This document shows positions 1 to 12,000 of a stretch of DNA of 64,000 nt, piece after piece. The notes beneath the pieces were generated by a model. It worked only from the letters and a program-made list of their open reading frames with translations. It ran no database searches and had not been told where the DNA came from. How positions within the stretch are numbered: the stretch's first letter is position 1; each line of letters starts with the position of its first letter. The position numbers were made by a program, and so were the translations under genes. The DNA comes from Lingula anatina (Eukaryota; Animalia; Brachiopoda): NCBI GenBank assembly GCA_051362555.1, contig CM120641.1, positions 20,956,001 through 21,020,000 on the forward strand. The letters are read 5' to 3'.

Positions 1-3000
1 TTAGGTAGTGATGCAGATACAGAGCAAACACTTGTAAGTCCTATTACACAAGCCAAGGAAAGAATATGCTCTCAAGAAAATATGCTCTGCTCTTCCAGCT
101 GTTTGCCAAGTAGTAGAAAAAGTTTGTTTGAATGTAAGGAAAATCACTTCACAAATTTACCACCTTTGGGGAATGTACACGAAGAACAAACTGAACATTT
201 ACATTCTCAGCTTGGTACTACTAGTTCTTGCCAAGATAGTCCATTTGAAGCAGAAAACATTAGTCCATATGAAGCTGAAAACTTTTCTAAGGCCAAAGTT
301 GCCTTTGGTTCAATTGAAAAACGTGATGACATTGCTGAAAAAGACACAAGGAATTCTTACTTGGACATCAATTTTTCTCCACTTTCAAATGTATCGAATT
401 CTTCATCAGAGTCAAACTTTCCATGTCCCAGTCAAACCTACAGCAGATGTTTATATGATGGTAATGGCGGAAAGATTTCTCACGATATTGCAGCAACTGA
501 AACTGATACATGTATGTATCCAGAAGTTGTCTCTACCAACAATTCAACACTGTTACAGAGACAACAAAATAGTATGACACTAAATATTGGAGTTTTTTCA
601 AAGGGTCATCACTTGGGAGTAAGCTCTGCTGGACAAATATGTGAGTAATGTTAAATTTAAGTAGGGTTAGTTAAGTTTTTTTTTAATTTTTTATCAGCTG
701 GTATTTTTTTTAAAATTTATCCGATTTTTGATATTTTAATATCAAATTAAAATTAAAAAGGTGTAGTTAGATAATACGCTCTAGGAGAACTTTACAAAAA
801 GATAATGATAGCAGTTAAGATTTCTATTTGTCCCTTTGTACTGTGATTGTACAGTATGTAGTATTGATTCACATGGAAATTAAGATACTTGCTTACTTTT
901 CAGATGGAGATTCAAAAGCCAGAATTACCAAAGAAATGGTATCCTCAGCTCTTTCCTCACTGCCACACCCTTCTGATCTTAAGAAACAAAAGGTAATGAA
1001 GAATGTAGTTCAGAGAGATCAAGGGCCTTTGCTAACAAATGTGAGTATAAGTAATTTCAGTGCATGATTTAGTGCTTTTTGGAGTGACTGTTTTAGAACA
1101 ATTCAACACAGTCACAGCATAGAGCTACCTGTAAGTGATTAAACAGAGACTGAATGGTATGCTTTAGTTCCTTTTTTAAGTTCTTTTTGTAAGATTCTTA
1201 TTAAATTGAAAAATTAAGAAAATTATTCATGGGCAGTAGACACTGTTGTTTGTTCCTTTATTGATAAGGAAGCAGTCCCTCAGATACTGAGCAGTTTTAT
1301 TTGAGTGTTGCAAGTGAACTGATCCATGTGTCTTATCTTATACAAAGTTCCTTCAGGTGGCACATGGATGGTGCTTGCACACAGTTTGAATTAGTCTTTT
1401 TGTGTATGGTAGATGAGAAAAGCAAAACTCCGAACTTTTCCATATTTTCAGCACTAAAATCTGTATTATCTATGGTAATTCAATGTTACTGATTTGCAGA
1501 TTAACTCCAAACTTGATCAGTATGCACTCAAGGGGTCTGTGTCAGGGTCAGCAGCCAGAAGGGTAGTGTCTTCTCATGGTGGGTTCTCAGGTATGTCTAC
1601 CATGCCATCTGGTGGGCATGTCCAAGATGAAAGGGGGAACTATCCCATTAGAAGAGACAGTGCTGTGCTGCAGGAGATACAGTTGCCTTATAATAGGTCA
1701 CCAAACCAGATGGTGGGAATCTTTGCTGATTCTGTTTGCCAAACTAGGAACTGTGTTGATGGTATGGTGCAAAGATACAGTAGTGTAATAGTTGTCAACA
1801 CGTTATGTTTTGGTATTTTCAGAATTTTGTATAATTTTGGAAAAATAACTTCTGAGATTGTTGCAAACTTTGAGTCTACTGAAAATAGTTATTCAAAAAC
1901 TATTAGGGTGTGATTCATTATGGGAAATTGATGCAGCAATCAAAGGTATGGGAATGAAACATATGTTTTGCACAAGTGAATTAATTGCATAATTTTGCAA
2001 TTTCTTTGACTGTTGGATGTGACCGTGTGCATGTTAATTATGCCCCTTTGCACATTTCCAGATTATGATAAACCAAAAGAAGATTTGGCAGAGCAAAGTT
2101 TATATCAAGTGGAGACTGTGGAAAATACATTAGGAAAAGTGGATTATAATCTAAAACCAACTGTAGTAAGTGGTGCCTTTTCCTTGTATAGTTAATGTAT
2201 TTTTAAATGTTCAGTCTGATTTTAGATTAAAATAATTAGTATTTTTGTAGATAAAGTTTCAAATTTGTATTTTAATATATTAGTTTGTTTTTTTATTTGA
2301 TTATTTGGTGTTTGTTTTAGAATCCAGTTTCAATTGGTTCTCCTCTACAAATGGTACCTTTGTACAACTTCTCCATTAATGAAAAGCATGAGACTTCACA
2401 AGAGGTTCCTGGTATGTTTTCTAGTAAGAAAACAATGGACTTTATAAATGGATAATTGAACAATTCGCTGTGCATTATATTTTAACATTGAATTTGATAA
2501 AAATGCCAAGATTCACTTTTTAATGTAAGTTTTAGACATTTTCCATTTTTATATTCAATATTTTCCAGAAAACAGTTCTAACTCATCTCAGGAGAGTAGA
2601 ATTTCTCTGAATGCCAATCAACGAAGGCCATTAAAAAGCAAACCATTTACAGATATTGTTGCACATGACTCATATGACAGTTGGGGTTTTCAACTACCTT
2701 CAACACGTAATACAACTGCAGATAACCTCTCATATTCATTGCCATTACCCCTTCAGAGTGCCCAGACAATGTCAGAAACATTATGTCCTAAATTGGTCGA
2801 CAAGGGTAGAAGTGCAAATGAGTTAAATAATCAAAACAATTCCCCTGTGCTGCAAAGAGAAAAGGGGGACATGACAGATATATTTAATCTGGGAACTCCT
2901 TCAGATAGTTCTCTTACAAATTATAGTTTCTTCAGTGAAGATGGCAGCAACATGTCAAAGAACCCAGACCATGAGGACTAGTATGTGGAATTTTGTTATA

Positions 3001-6000
3001 TATATAGTGACTGCACTCAATCACAAAATGCAGATAATATTGTTGATAATTTTGCTCCTTTAGAAGACGCCACTGGATTAACAGTTGGGACTTCAGGGTC
3101 TGGTTTCAACACTGACTCTCAGTCAGGTACAAGCCTTGGTATTTTCGGAGGTGAGCAGATTGAGAAACCTACAGTTGGAGAGGATTTATTGCACGGATTT
3201 CCTCATCCAGAAGCAGTAGAAGACACAATGAAGAAGCAAGTAAACACAAATAGTCTTTTGAGGCCTGATAATTGTTTTAAGCAACCCTCTATTGACAGAA
3301 TCTCATTTAGGTATCCTTCACGTATGCATGGGCAATTGTCTGCATCAGAGATGTTTGTATCTGTGAATCAAGGAAACTCTGCAAATGAAAATTATCAGTA
3401 TTCAGCTGCTTCAAAATGGTTAAAATTTGGTGACGTGAAGGATGATATAAAGGGGACTTCTTCAAATTACTGTGGAAGATTTGCGTCTCCTGCTACTTTC
3501 AGCAGCTTATCACCAGGAACAGCACTGGACAAAGAACAATCTACTTCTCATGTAAAAATAGCACCATTTTCTCCATTAGGTGAGAGTCAACATTTCAGCA
3601 ATGGAAGTGATATTTGTGGCCTTTCAAAGGTCAATAGTCAGACACAAAATGCTTATAATTTTTAACCAGAAACTATCAAACTGTGGCCAAGAAATCAAAC
3701 ATCGAGACCAGCATTAGAATCTCCAAGTACATAAGCCAGGTCATCGAGAGTTGGCACAACCTAGACCTAGAAAGGTTGGCAAGAGCACTTAAACCTCTAA
3801 GAATAATTGCACCAAATGTAGCTAATCATGGTTACCGTAACAAGTATCCCCAGATGTCAGGTCTAAGAGATTTGGATCATTCAACAAAAGCAAGTTCTCA
3901 TTCAAAAGATAGGGAATCTACTAATGCACATCAAATTAAGGTAACATATAATGACAAATAACTTAAGACACATTGCTTAAGGGTTTGTAATATATGCATT
4001 TTGAGTATTTGCTTCAAATTTAAACTTACAACAGGGCTTGACATTAAGGGTGGCCCACTGGCCCTGGGCCACTGAAAACCAACCTAGGGCCATTGAATCA
4101 CTGGGGTCACTGGCCGAAAGAGCAAGTAAAATGCCATGTGCCAAATAACCCTTGCAATATTTTTCCGATATCTCGGGCCAGTATCCATAAAAGTTAGTGT
4201 CAAGCCCTGTACAAGACCTGGCCATGTGCAGGAAGTAATATGTAAATATTCATGAATATTTGTTAATTTGAATTGCATATCACTGGAAAAATGTGTGCTT
4301 TTTGGCTATGTTTATCAAACATATGAAAACTGGGGATCTCATTGAGCACCATCAGTTGCTTCAGACCTATTGAAGATTGACCTCGGGCAAAGCTATTTTT
4401 AGCCCAACTGTTGCATCAGGCATGATGTATTAAAATTTTGGCATTGTCAAGGTTTGAAACTCAGCATTATACTGGGCAAGTACACTTTCTATAATTTCTG
4501 TGTAGAACCTTTTGATATCTTTGATATATAGATAGTGTTTTGATTGTAAATGCATGTTATAACATTGATGGCAAGTAAACTGTATATACCATAGTCTTAA
4601 AAGTTAAAAGATTTAATGGAAACTCAACACTTTTAGTTATCAGCAAATCCATCTGTCATTTCCAGTAATTAACAGCACAGTGGTCCCTTCAAATTCCCTA
4701 TTGTAGAATTTTTAAAAATAATTTTTAAACTGTCTAAAAAGGAAAGGGTACTTCTTGCATGGTATTAAACTTATGGTTTTTAGGCTACCTCAAAGGGGGA
4801 ATTGAGGTTTCCAAGCAAGCAAGAAATTGGAGATGCTGACATGGCGAGAAGGCTAGCAAGGATACCAGTGAAATTTGCCACTGTACAGCAGTACATGGAA
4901 TTGTTCGAAACTGCCCAAACAGGTATTTGTAAAATTCTTTTATGCTACCTGCAAAAATATTGTTGAAAATACTGTTTTCTTAAAGGGACAAACTGTAAGA
5001 TTTTGAAATGTTAAGGGTGTAAAACACCTCTTGTTAAACTTATCTGAGGGCAGGTTATGCTTTTTGATTATTTTAAACAGATAAATGCCATGAGTTTATG
5101 TTGCCAAAAAAAGATCTTTTTTATCACCCGATGGGCCTCACCACCTGTCCATCATCAGATGCATTTATATTTTGAAAACAACCTGACACCTTTCTTCATC
5201 TCTTTCTTCAAGATTAGATGATTTAGTCCTTCCTGCTGTACCAATGTTCCTCCTCATTAAGTCTCTTTAGAACCAATTTTCTTTTTTCCCCTCATGACTT
5301 GGGAGACAATGACAAACCTTTGTATTTCTATATTTGTCATTTCATTTGGCAGAAGACATTAACATTCTCCTGAATAGGGTTTCCAAAACTTACCACCAAG
5401 CTCTTGAGAGAATGGCTAAACACAGTGATGGAAAGAAAGGTACAGTTATGTATTTAAAGTATGATACATGTAATATCTGATCACCCTTTTGGTCATGGTC
5501 AGAGCTGGTTTAAAATGAAATAAATTACTTTTGTAACTTTATCTGGAGTCCATATGACCAGATAAATAGGACTCATTTTAAATATCTCTTAGTCTCATGA
5601 CCCATCGTAAAGTGATAAGTTCATTTAAGTTATGTTCAATTACAGCCTGTTGCAAAACAATATAGATTTGCCATGTTATGCATATTATTAGTACCATCAG
5701 CGTGTACGCTGGCGGTACTCATGGTTTTAGTCCCGAACCGTCTCGTACAGCTCCGCCGGCTCCTGCGGCTCCGCCAGCTCCGCAGTCGGGCGCCGGAAAC
5801 AAGTCACCGTTACTGCTTCTCCTCCTAGACCGCAAGGACCTGTGTCCCCATCTCTTGGATTTAGGTCACATATAATCTCAACTTGAACACCCTGGTTTTT
5901 TTTGTCTCTGTCAGTGCATTGGTCTGGGCGTGACGCTTGTTGAAATACACCCTTGTCAAAATTTTTGAAAATTCAATGCTAAATATCTCCCAAACCAAAG

Positions 6001-9000
6001 GAATTATGGGAAAAATTACTACAGAAGTCTGACCGAAAGTCATATGTGGAGATTCCAAATATGCCCTTGGATTTGACTTTTGACCTTTTTTTCAAGGTCA
6101 AACAAGCCAAAATTTTCTAAAAATGGGAATTTTCTGCAAAAAAATATTTGTTTGTGTTAAGTTTTGGAAACTACACAGCCCTAAGCTCTCCTGTTATAGT
6201 GAAGGGTTACCATTGGGGACTCCTTTCATCTTTGGGAGTTTGGGGTCAATCGGTGCATTTTCACCAGAGAAGCAGCCATTAAATACCGAAACTGAAAACT
6301 CGCTCTAATTTTGGAACGGTAAATGCCAGAGACCTTTTGTTTATTGCATTTCGTAGACCTTGTCAAGTGCAATACTGGAGGTGGTGTCCATTTTTTGTTT
6401 TCGATATGGTTTAGGCGTTGCGCTATATCAAAAATTACAATATTGCAATATTCATTGGGGAAAATGTGAAATACTCCAAAATTAGCAGAGATACGCCCAT
6501 AGTTACTATTGAACTTGATAAGGAAGTCATATACTGGTAATCTAACTGTGACCTTGAAATTGACCTTTGACCTTCTTTCAAGAAATTGGAGATGCTGACA
6601 TGGCGAGAAGGCTAGCAAGGATACCAGTGAAATTTGCCACTGTACAGCAGTACATGGAATTGTTCGAAACTGCCCAAACAGGTATTTGTAAAATTCTTTT
6701 ATGCTACCTGCAAAAATATTGTTGAAAATACTGTTTTCTTAAAGGGACAAACTGTAAGATTTTGAAATGTTAAGGGTGTAAAACACCTCTTGTTAAACTT
6801 ATCTGAGGGCAGGTTATGCTTTTTGATTATTTTAAACAGATAAATGCCATGAGTTTATGTTGCCAAAAAAAGATCTTTTTTATCACCCGATGGGCCTCAC
6901 CACCTGTCCATCATCAGATGCATTTATATTTTGAAAACAACCTGACACCTTTCTTCATCTCTTTCTTCAAGATTAGATGATTTAGTCCTTCCTGCTGTAC
7001 CAATGTTCCTCCTCATTAAGTCTCTTTAGAACCAATTTTCTTTTTTCCCCTCATGACTTGGGAGACAATGACAAACCTTTGTATTTCTATATTTGTCATT
7101 TCATTTGGCAGAAGACATTAACATTCTCCTGAATAGGGTTTCCAAAACTTACCACCAAGCTCTTGAGAGAATGGCTAAACACAGTGATGGAAAGAAAGGT
7201 ACAGTTATGTATTTAAAGTATGATACATGTAATATCTGATCACCCTTTTGGTCATGGTCAGAGCTGGTTTAAAATGAAATAAATTACTTTTGTAACTTTA
7301 TCTGGAGTCCATATGACCAGATAAATAGGACTCATTTTAAATATCTCTTAGTCTCATGACCCATCGTAAAGTGATAAGTTCATTTAAGTTATGTTCAATT
7401 ACAGCCTGTTGCAAAACAATATAGATTTGCCATGTTATGCATATTATTAGTACCATCAGCGTGTACGCTGGCGGTACTCATGGTTTTAGTCCCGAACCGT
7501 CTCGTACAGCTCCGCCGGCTCCTGCGGCTCCGCCAGCTCCGCAGTCGGGCGCCGGAAACAAGTCACCGTTACTGCTTCTCCTCCTAGACCGCAAGGACCT
7601 GTGTCCCCATCTCTTGGATTTAGGTCACATATAATCTCAACTTGAACACCCTGGTTTTTTTTGTCTCTGTCAGTGCATTGGTCTGGGCGTGACGCTTGTT
7701 GAAATACACCCTTGTCAAAATTTTTGAAAATTCAATGCTAAATATCTCCCAAACCAAAGGAATTATGGGAAAAATTACTACAGAAGTCTGACCGAAAGTC
7801 ATATGTGGAGATTCCAAATATGCCCTTGGATTTGACTTTTGACCTTTTTTTCAAGGTCAAACAAGCCAAAATTTTCTAAAAATGGGAATTTTCTGCAAAA
7901 AAATATTTGTTTGTGTTAAGTTTTGGAAACTACACAGCCCTAAGCTCTCCTGTTATAGTGAAGGGTTACCATTGGGGACTCCTTTCATCTTTGGGAGTTT
8001 GGGGTCAATCGGTGCATTTTCACCAGAGAAGCAGCCATTAAATACCGAAACTGAAAACTCGCTCTAATTTTGGAACGGTAAATGCCAGAGACCTTTTGTT
8101 TATTGCATTTCGTAGACCTTGTCAAGTGCAATACTGGAGGTGGTGTCCATTTTTTGTTTTCGATATGGTTTAGGCGTTGCGCTATATCAAAAATTACAAT
8201 ATTGCAATATTCATTGGGGAAAATGTGAAATACTCCAAAATTAGCAGAGATACGCCCATAGTTACTATTGAACTTGATAAGGAAGTCATATACTGGTAAT
8301 CTAACTGTGACCTTGAAATTGACCTTTGACCTTCTTTTCGTGATGAACTGCACTTTGAAACTTTTCTGATCTTAATATCTCCAAAACTGGCAAAGATACG
8401 CCTATAGTTACTATTGAACTTGAATAGGAAGTCATATACTGGTAATCTAACTGTGACCTTGAAATTGACCTTTGGCCTACTTTTCAGTACTGCACTTTGC
8501 AACTTTTCTGATCTTAATATCTCCAAAACTGGCAAAGATACGCCCATAGTTACTATTGAACTTGAATGGGAAGTCATATACTGGCAATCTAAATATGACC
8601 CTGAAATTGACCTTTGACCTACTTTTCACCATGAACTGAACTGTCAAGCGCAACACTGAAGGTGGTGTCCGTTTTTTGTTTTCAATACGGCTTAGGCATT
8701 GTACTATATCGACAGTTCAACATCCAATATTTAGTGGTGAAAATAAAATGTGAAATACTTCAAAATTAGCAAAGATATGCTAGTCCCCCACCTGATATGC
8801 ATAAAAGCGTTTAGAAAAGCTCTTTCCTTCAATATGTTATGTGGCCAAACAATTTTCACGGTGCATTAAGATAAACAGTAAAAGAATATCCACAATAAAT
8901 TCGGCAACCAAGAGGTGCGGCAACATAAAGATAATTGCGGTAGTATTTATGCCGAAACATCAAAATGAATAGCCCTGCCGTTCGAGCCTTTTAATCAGAT

Positions 9001-12000
9001 TCAGATCAGATTAACCAATCAAAGCAACGGAAAGGGGGTCACGTCACCTTCCCACCAGGCCATGCCATGTAAACAAAGCAGCATGGTCGGCTGTAATGAA
9101 GAGTCTGAGGAGGGAGACGCGAAATCTTCGCCAAATTCTCATCTTTCGTGTTGCATGCACATAGAAGAAGGTAGCTAATTAAGAGACTGTAGATACTATC
9201 ACACGTGTTCGCTGGGAAAATTTTAGAGTCGCAGCGAAACAATGGCGGAAATTTGGCAGCAGAGAAGCCGCTGCTGTTCAGTGGATCCGTACAGTACGGA
9301 TTTAGATAAAGGATTCGACGATTTGGAAACCAAACCACGATGTCACTTTTCTTGCTACAGAAAGCTAACTAACAAGAAGGGGCTATCTCAGGCGGCAAAG
9401 AAGTATGAGAAAGCTGAGAAACAAGGCAGTCCTGCTGAAGAAGGTATGTCAACATATTGTAATTTGTTTTTAAATCAGCCCTGATCGTGTGATGTTTACA
9501 TTGTACGTGGCTGATGTTACATAACAATATGTGACTGATAAAAGTGATATGAAAGAAAGAAAAAAAAAAGAAAATGATAAAAAAGTTTATTAGTGTCATT
9601 ATTATTTTATTTGTAAATACTTAGAGGTTTTAAGATATGAAACAACTCATTCTTTGAATAAGACCCCATTTCCAGAGATTAGATATATCTTCTTTAGGGG
9701 TTCAAGCTAAACAGCTGTCAGTGGGGCGGACACGAAAGTTAAATACCCCCTTACAGCTTGTAGTAGGCGGGACGGACATTTAAGCCGGATTATCTGACAG
9801 TAATCTAGTGAGACTCCCCGCGGGGACAGATCAATCTAAAAGCTCTGGGAATACAGCCTAAGCTAGCTGTATGTTCTTGCCATGATTAACATCTCATTAT
9901 TAGTTCATCCATATTAGCATTTCATTTACACAAAATAATGTAAGGCTTCACACAACAATTAAGATATACAAACAAATGTTATGGTGGGATTTTATGAGAC
10001 AGAGGCTTAAGTATCATGGTAGAATCTTTTATGTTATTTGTGGAGTGTTCCTCCCCCCCAGTTACATTGCTGCACATGTGCAACCATTAGTGAATATAAA
10101 TATGTATAGGCTAAGCCCAACTTCAATGAGAATGTATTTTAGGGAATATTTACTGTATCTTGTGAGCCAGAAAAAGTAGGATAGCTTTTCACAGAACAAG
10201 CTGCAATGTGATTAATTTAATTAGGACTGTTAGGAATAATCCTTGTAACTTTCCCTTATGAATAAAATCAGTAAAGGTATACATAAATAGTATCAATAAA
10301 GAAATACGTTGACAAACAGTATCAATTAAGGAATAATTATAATGAGTAGGGTGACTGGTAGATGTAGTTCAGTTTAAAGAGAAGAGTCACTTTTATTCAA
10401 GGCATCTGATATTAATCTGGGCAGCAGAATGCTAGTGGGCTCCCTATTAATTATTAGATCTTTAAACTTGATTTATTTGTCTTAGTTGCAACAAATATTA
10501 AACAGTGGGTCTCATTTGCCTATAGTTTGTTACAGCTTAGTTCCTCATAAAAGGAACATGCTGAGCCACTAATACATTGAATCCTATACCTACCCTATGC
10601 CCTTTGAATCATGAGGATATATGTAATTATAGTTGTTAATATCACTTGGTGTCAATCATGTGATAAACTCACTTGCGACTGTCTTATCTTATTTCATTAT
10701 TATTTATTTATTTTATAGTTAAATCATAGTGATGGTATATACAATTGCACTTGCAACAATCAAGGATTTGCGGTCTGCTCTGTATTTGCTAAATCATTTG
10801 TGTATCCAGGTATCCAGATGTTTTTATTTGAAATATGTATTCTATGTTGTCTTTTTATTTATACAGGGCAACTGTTTTTATAACTGAATTTTGAGCACAT
10901 TACTATTTTTACATATCTTTGTTACACCCACTTGGATATTTATCCAATGTTAAAGCTGTTTCTGTAGTAGTCAGTATCTGCACATTATAATGCACTAATA
11001 TATATGGTATGAAAAGTAAAATGTTATTTTGCTTCTTTTACAGAACCATCAACCAGTTGTACTCTTCCCAAAATACAAGGTCCATCTCCCAAGAAATTGA
11101 GATCAGTCTCAGGGTTTGGTATATCAAAGTCACCAGTGCTGCCAGCTATCTGCATTATTTGTAAAAAAAAAAAAAAGTTGTGGTCACTTAGTCTAATTTT
11201 TGCAAGTGTTTTGATATTTAATGGGGAGACACTCATTTTGATGTAATTTTCACATTCATAATATTTTTTTTATTGTTTTGTATGTCCTTAATTTGTTTGA
11301 GATTGAGCTATTTAATTCCTGCCAGAAGTGTTTTTCGATTTTTTTGTTCAATATTTCTAAAAGGTTTTCTATTTGATATAATTTCTTTGGTGGGTTGTTA
11401 TCTTCGGATAGATTCTGTCCATGTGTTTCCCTTTGTATCTTGCTCAAGACTGTGCACCTGATTTACAGTTCTATTATCTACTAGTAGTTGTTCCAGTCTA
11501 AGACTAATCTTTAGACAGGTTTAGTTATAGTTGAAATAATAGGGTAACTGCCAAGCTTAGCTCTAAAAATGGTATTGCTAGCCTGCTTTCTTAGACCTAA
11601 AATCCATTTGCAAAACTTTAAGTGTACCTGTTTGAATGGCATTTTATTAATCTTTTTCAGATATGCACAAGAAATGTAGAAAGTTATAATTTCACAGTTG
11701 AAATAATTAAGTTGGAAAAATATATTATATATATATCATAAAAGCCTTGTTAAATGTGAGCTGTTATTTCTTTTAATATGCTGTTATTACTAGACAATGC
11801 TGCAATTAATTGCAACAATTAAACTTCTTTAAAAATTGTACCTCTGCAATTTAAAGATAAACTTGAACATAAAAAACTCAATTATTCTACCTAGTGAAGC
11901 ACTTAGATATTTTTGAAATAATTTTTTGAGCACTTGCCAGCTTCATAAACAGACAGTCCGCATGATACCTAGTTTGTAACTCTACACATGGATTTATACT

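Noticed and set aside
128-577. Overlapping 149-aa ORF
   Set aside because: Alternate frame of the ZGRF1 exon; only frame 1 fits the downstream splice phase.
2979-2981. Selenocysteine or programmed readthrough at the internal stop
   Set aside because: The codon is TAG rather than TGA, there is no readthrough context, and a second lesion follows.
3311-3669. Second U12 intron (GTATCCTT donor)
   Set aside because: No proper TCCTTAAC branch point at a suitable distance, and the interval reads as an open coding frame. Kept only as a possible U2 exitron.
5678-8617. Recurrent ORFs such as MHIISTISVYAGG.., MTSYSSSIVTM.. and RSKVNFKVTVRLPVYDF..
   Set aside because: Chance translations of the non-coding HINE body and repeat units; stops and frames differ between copies.
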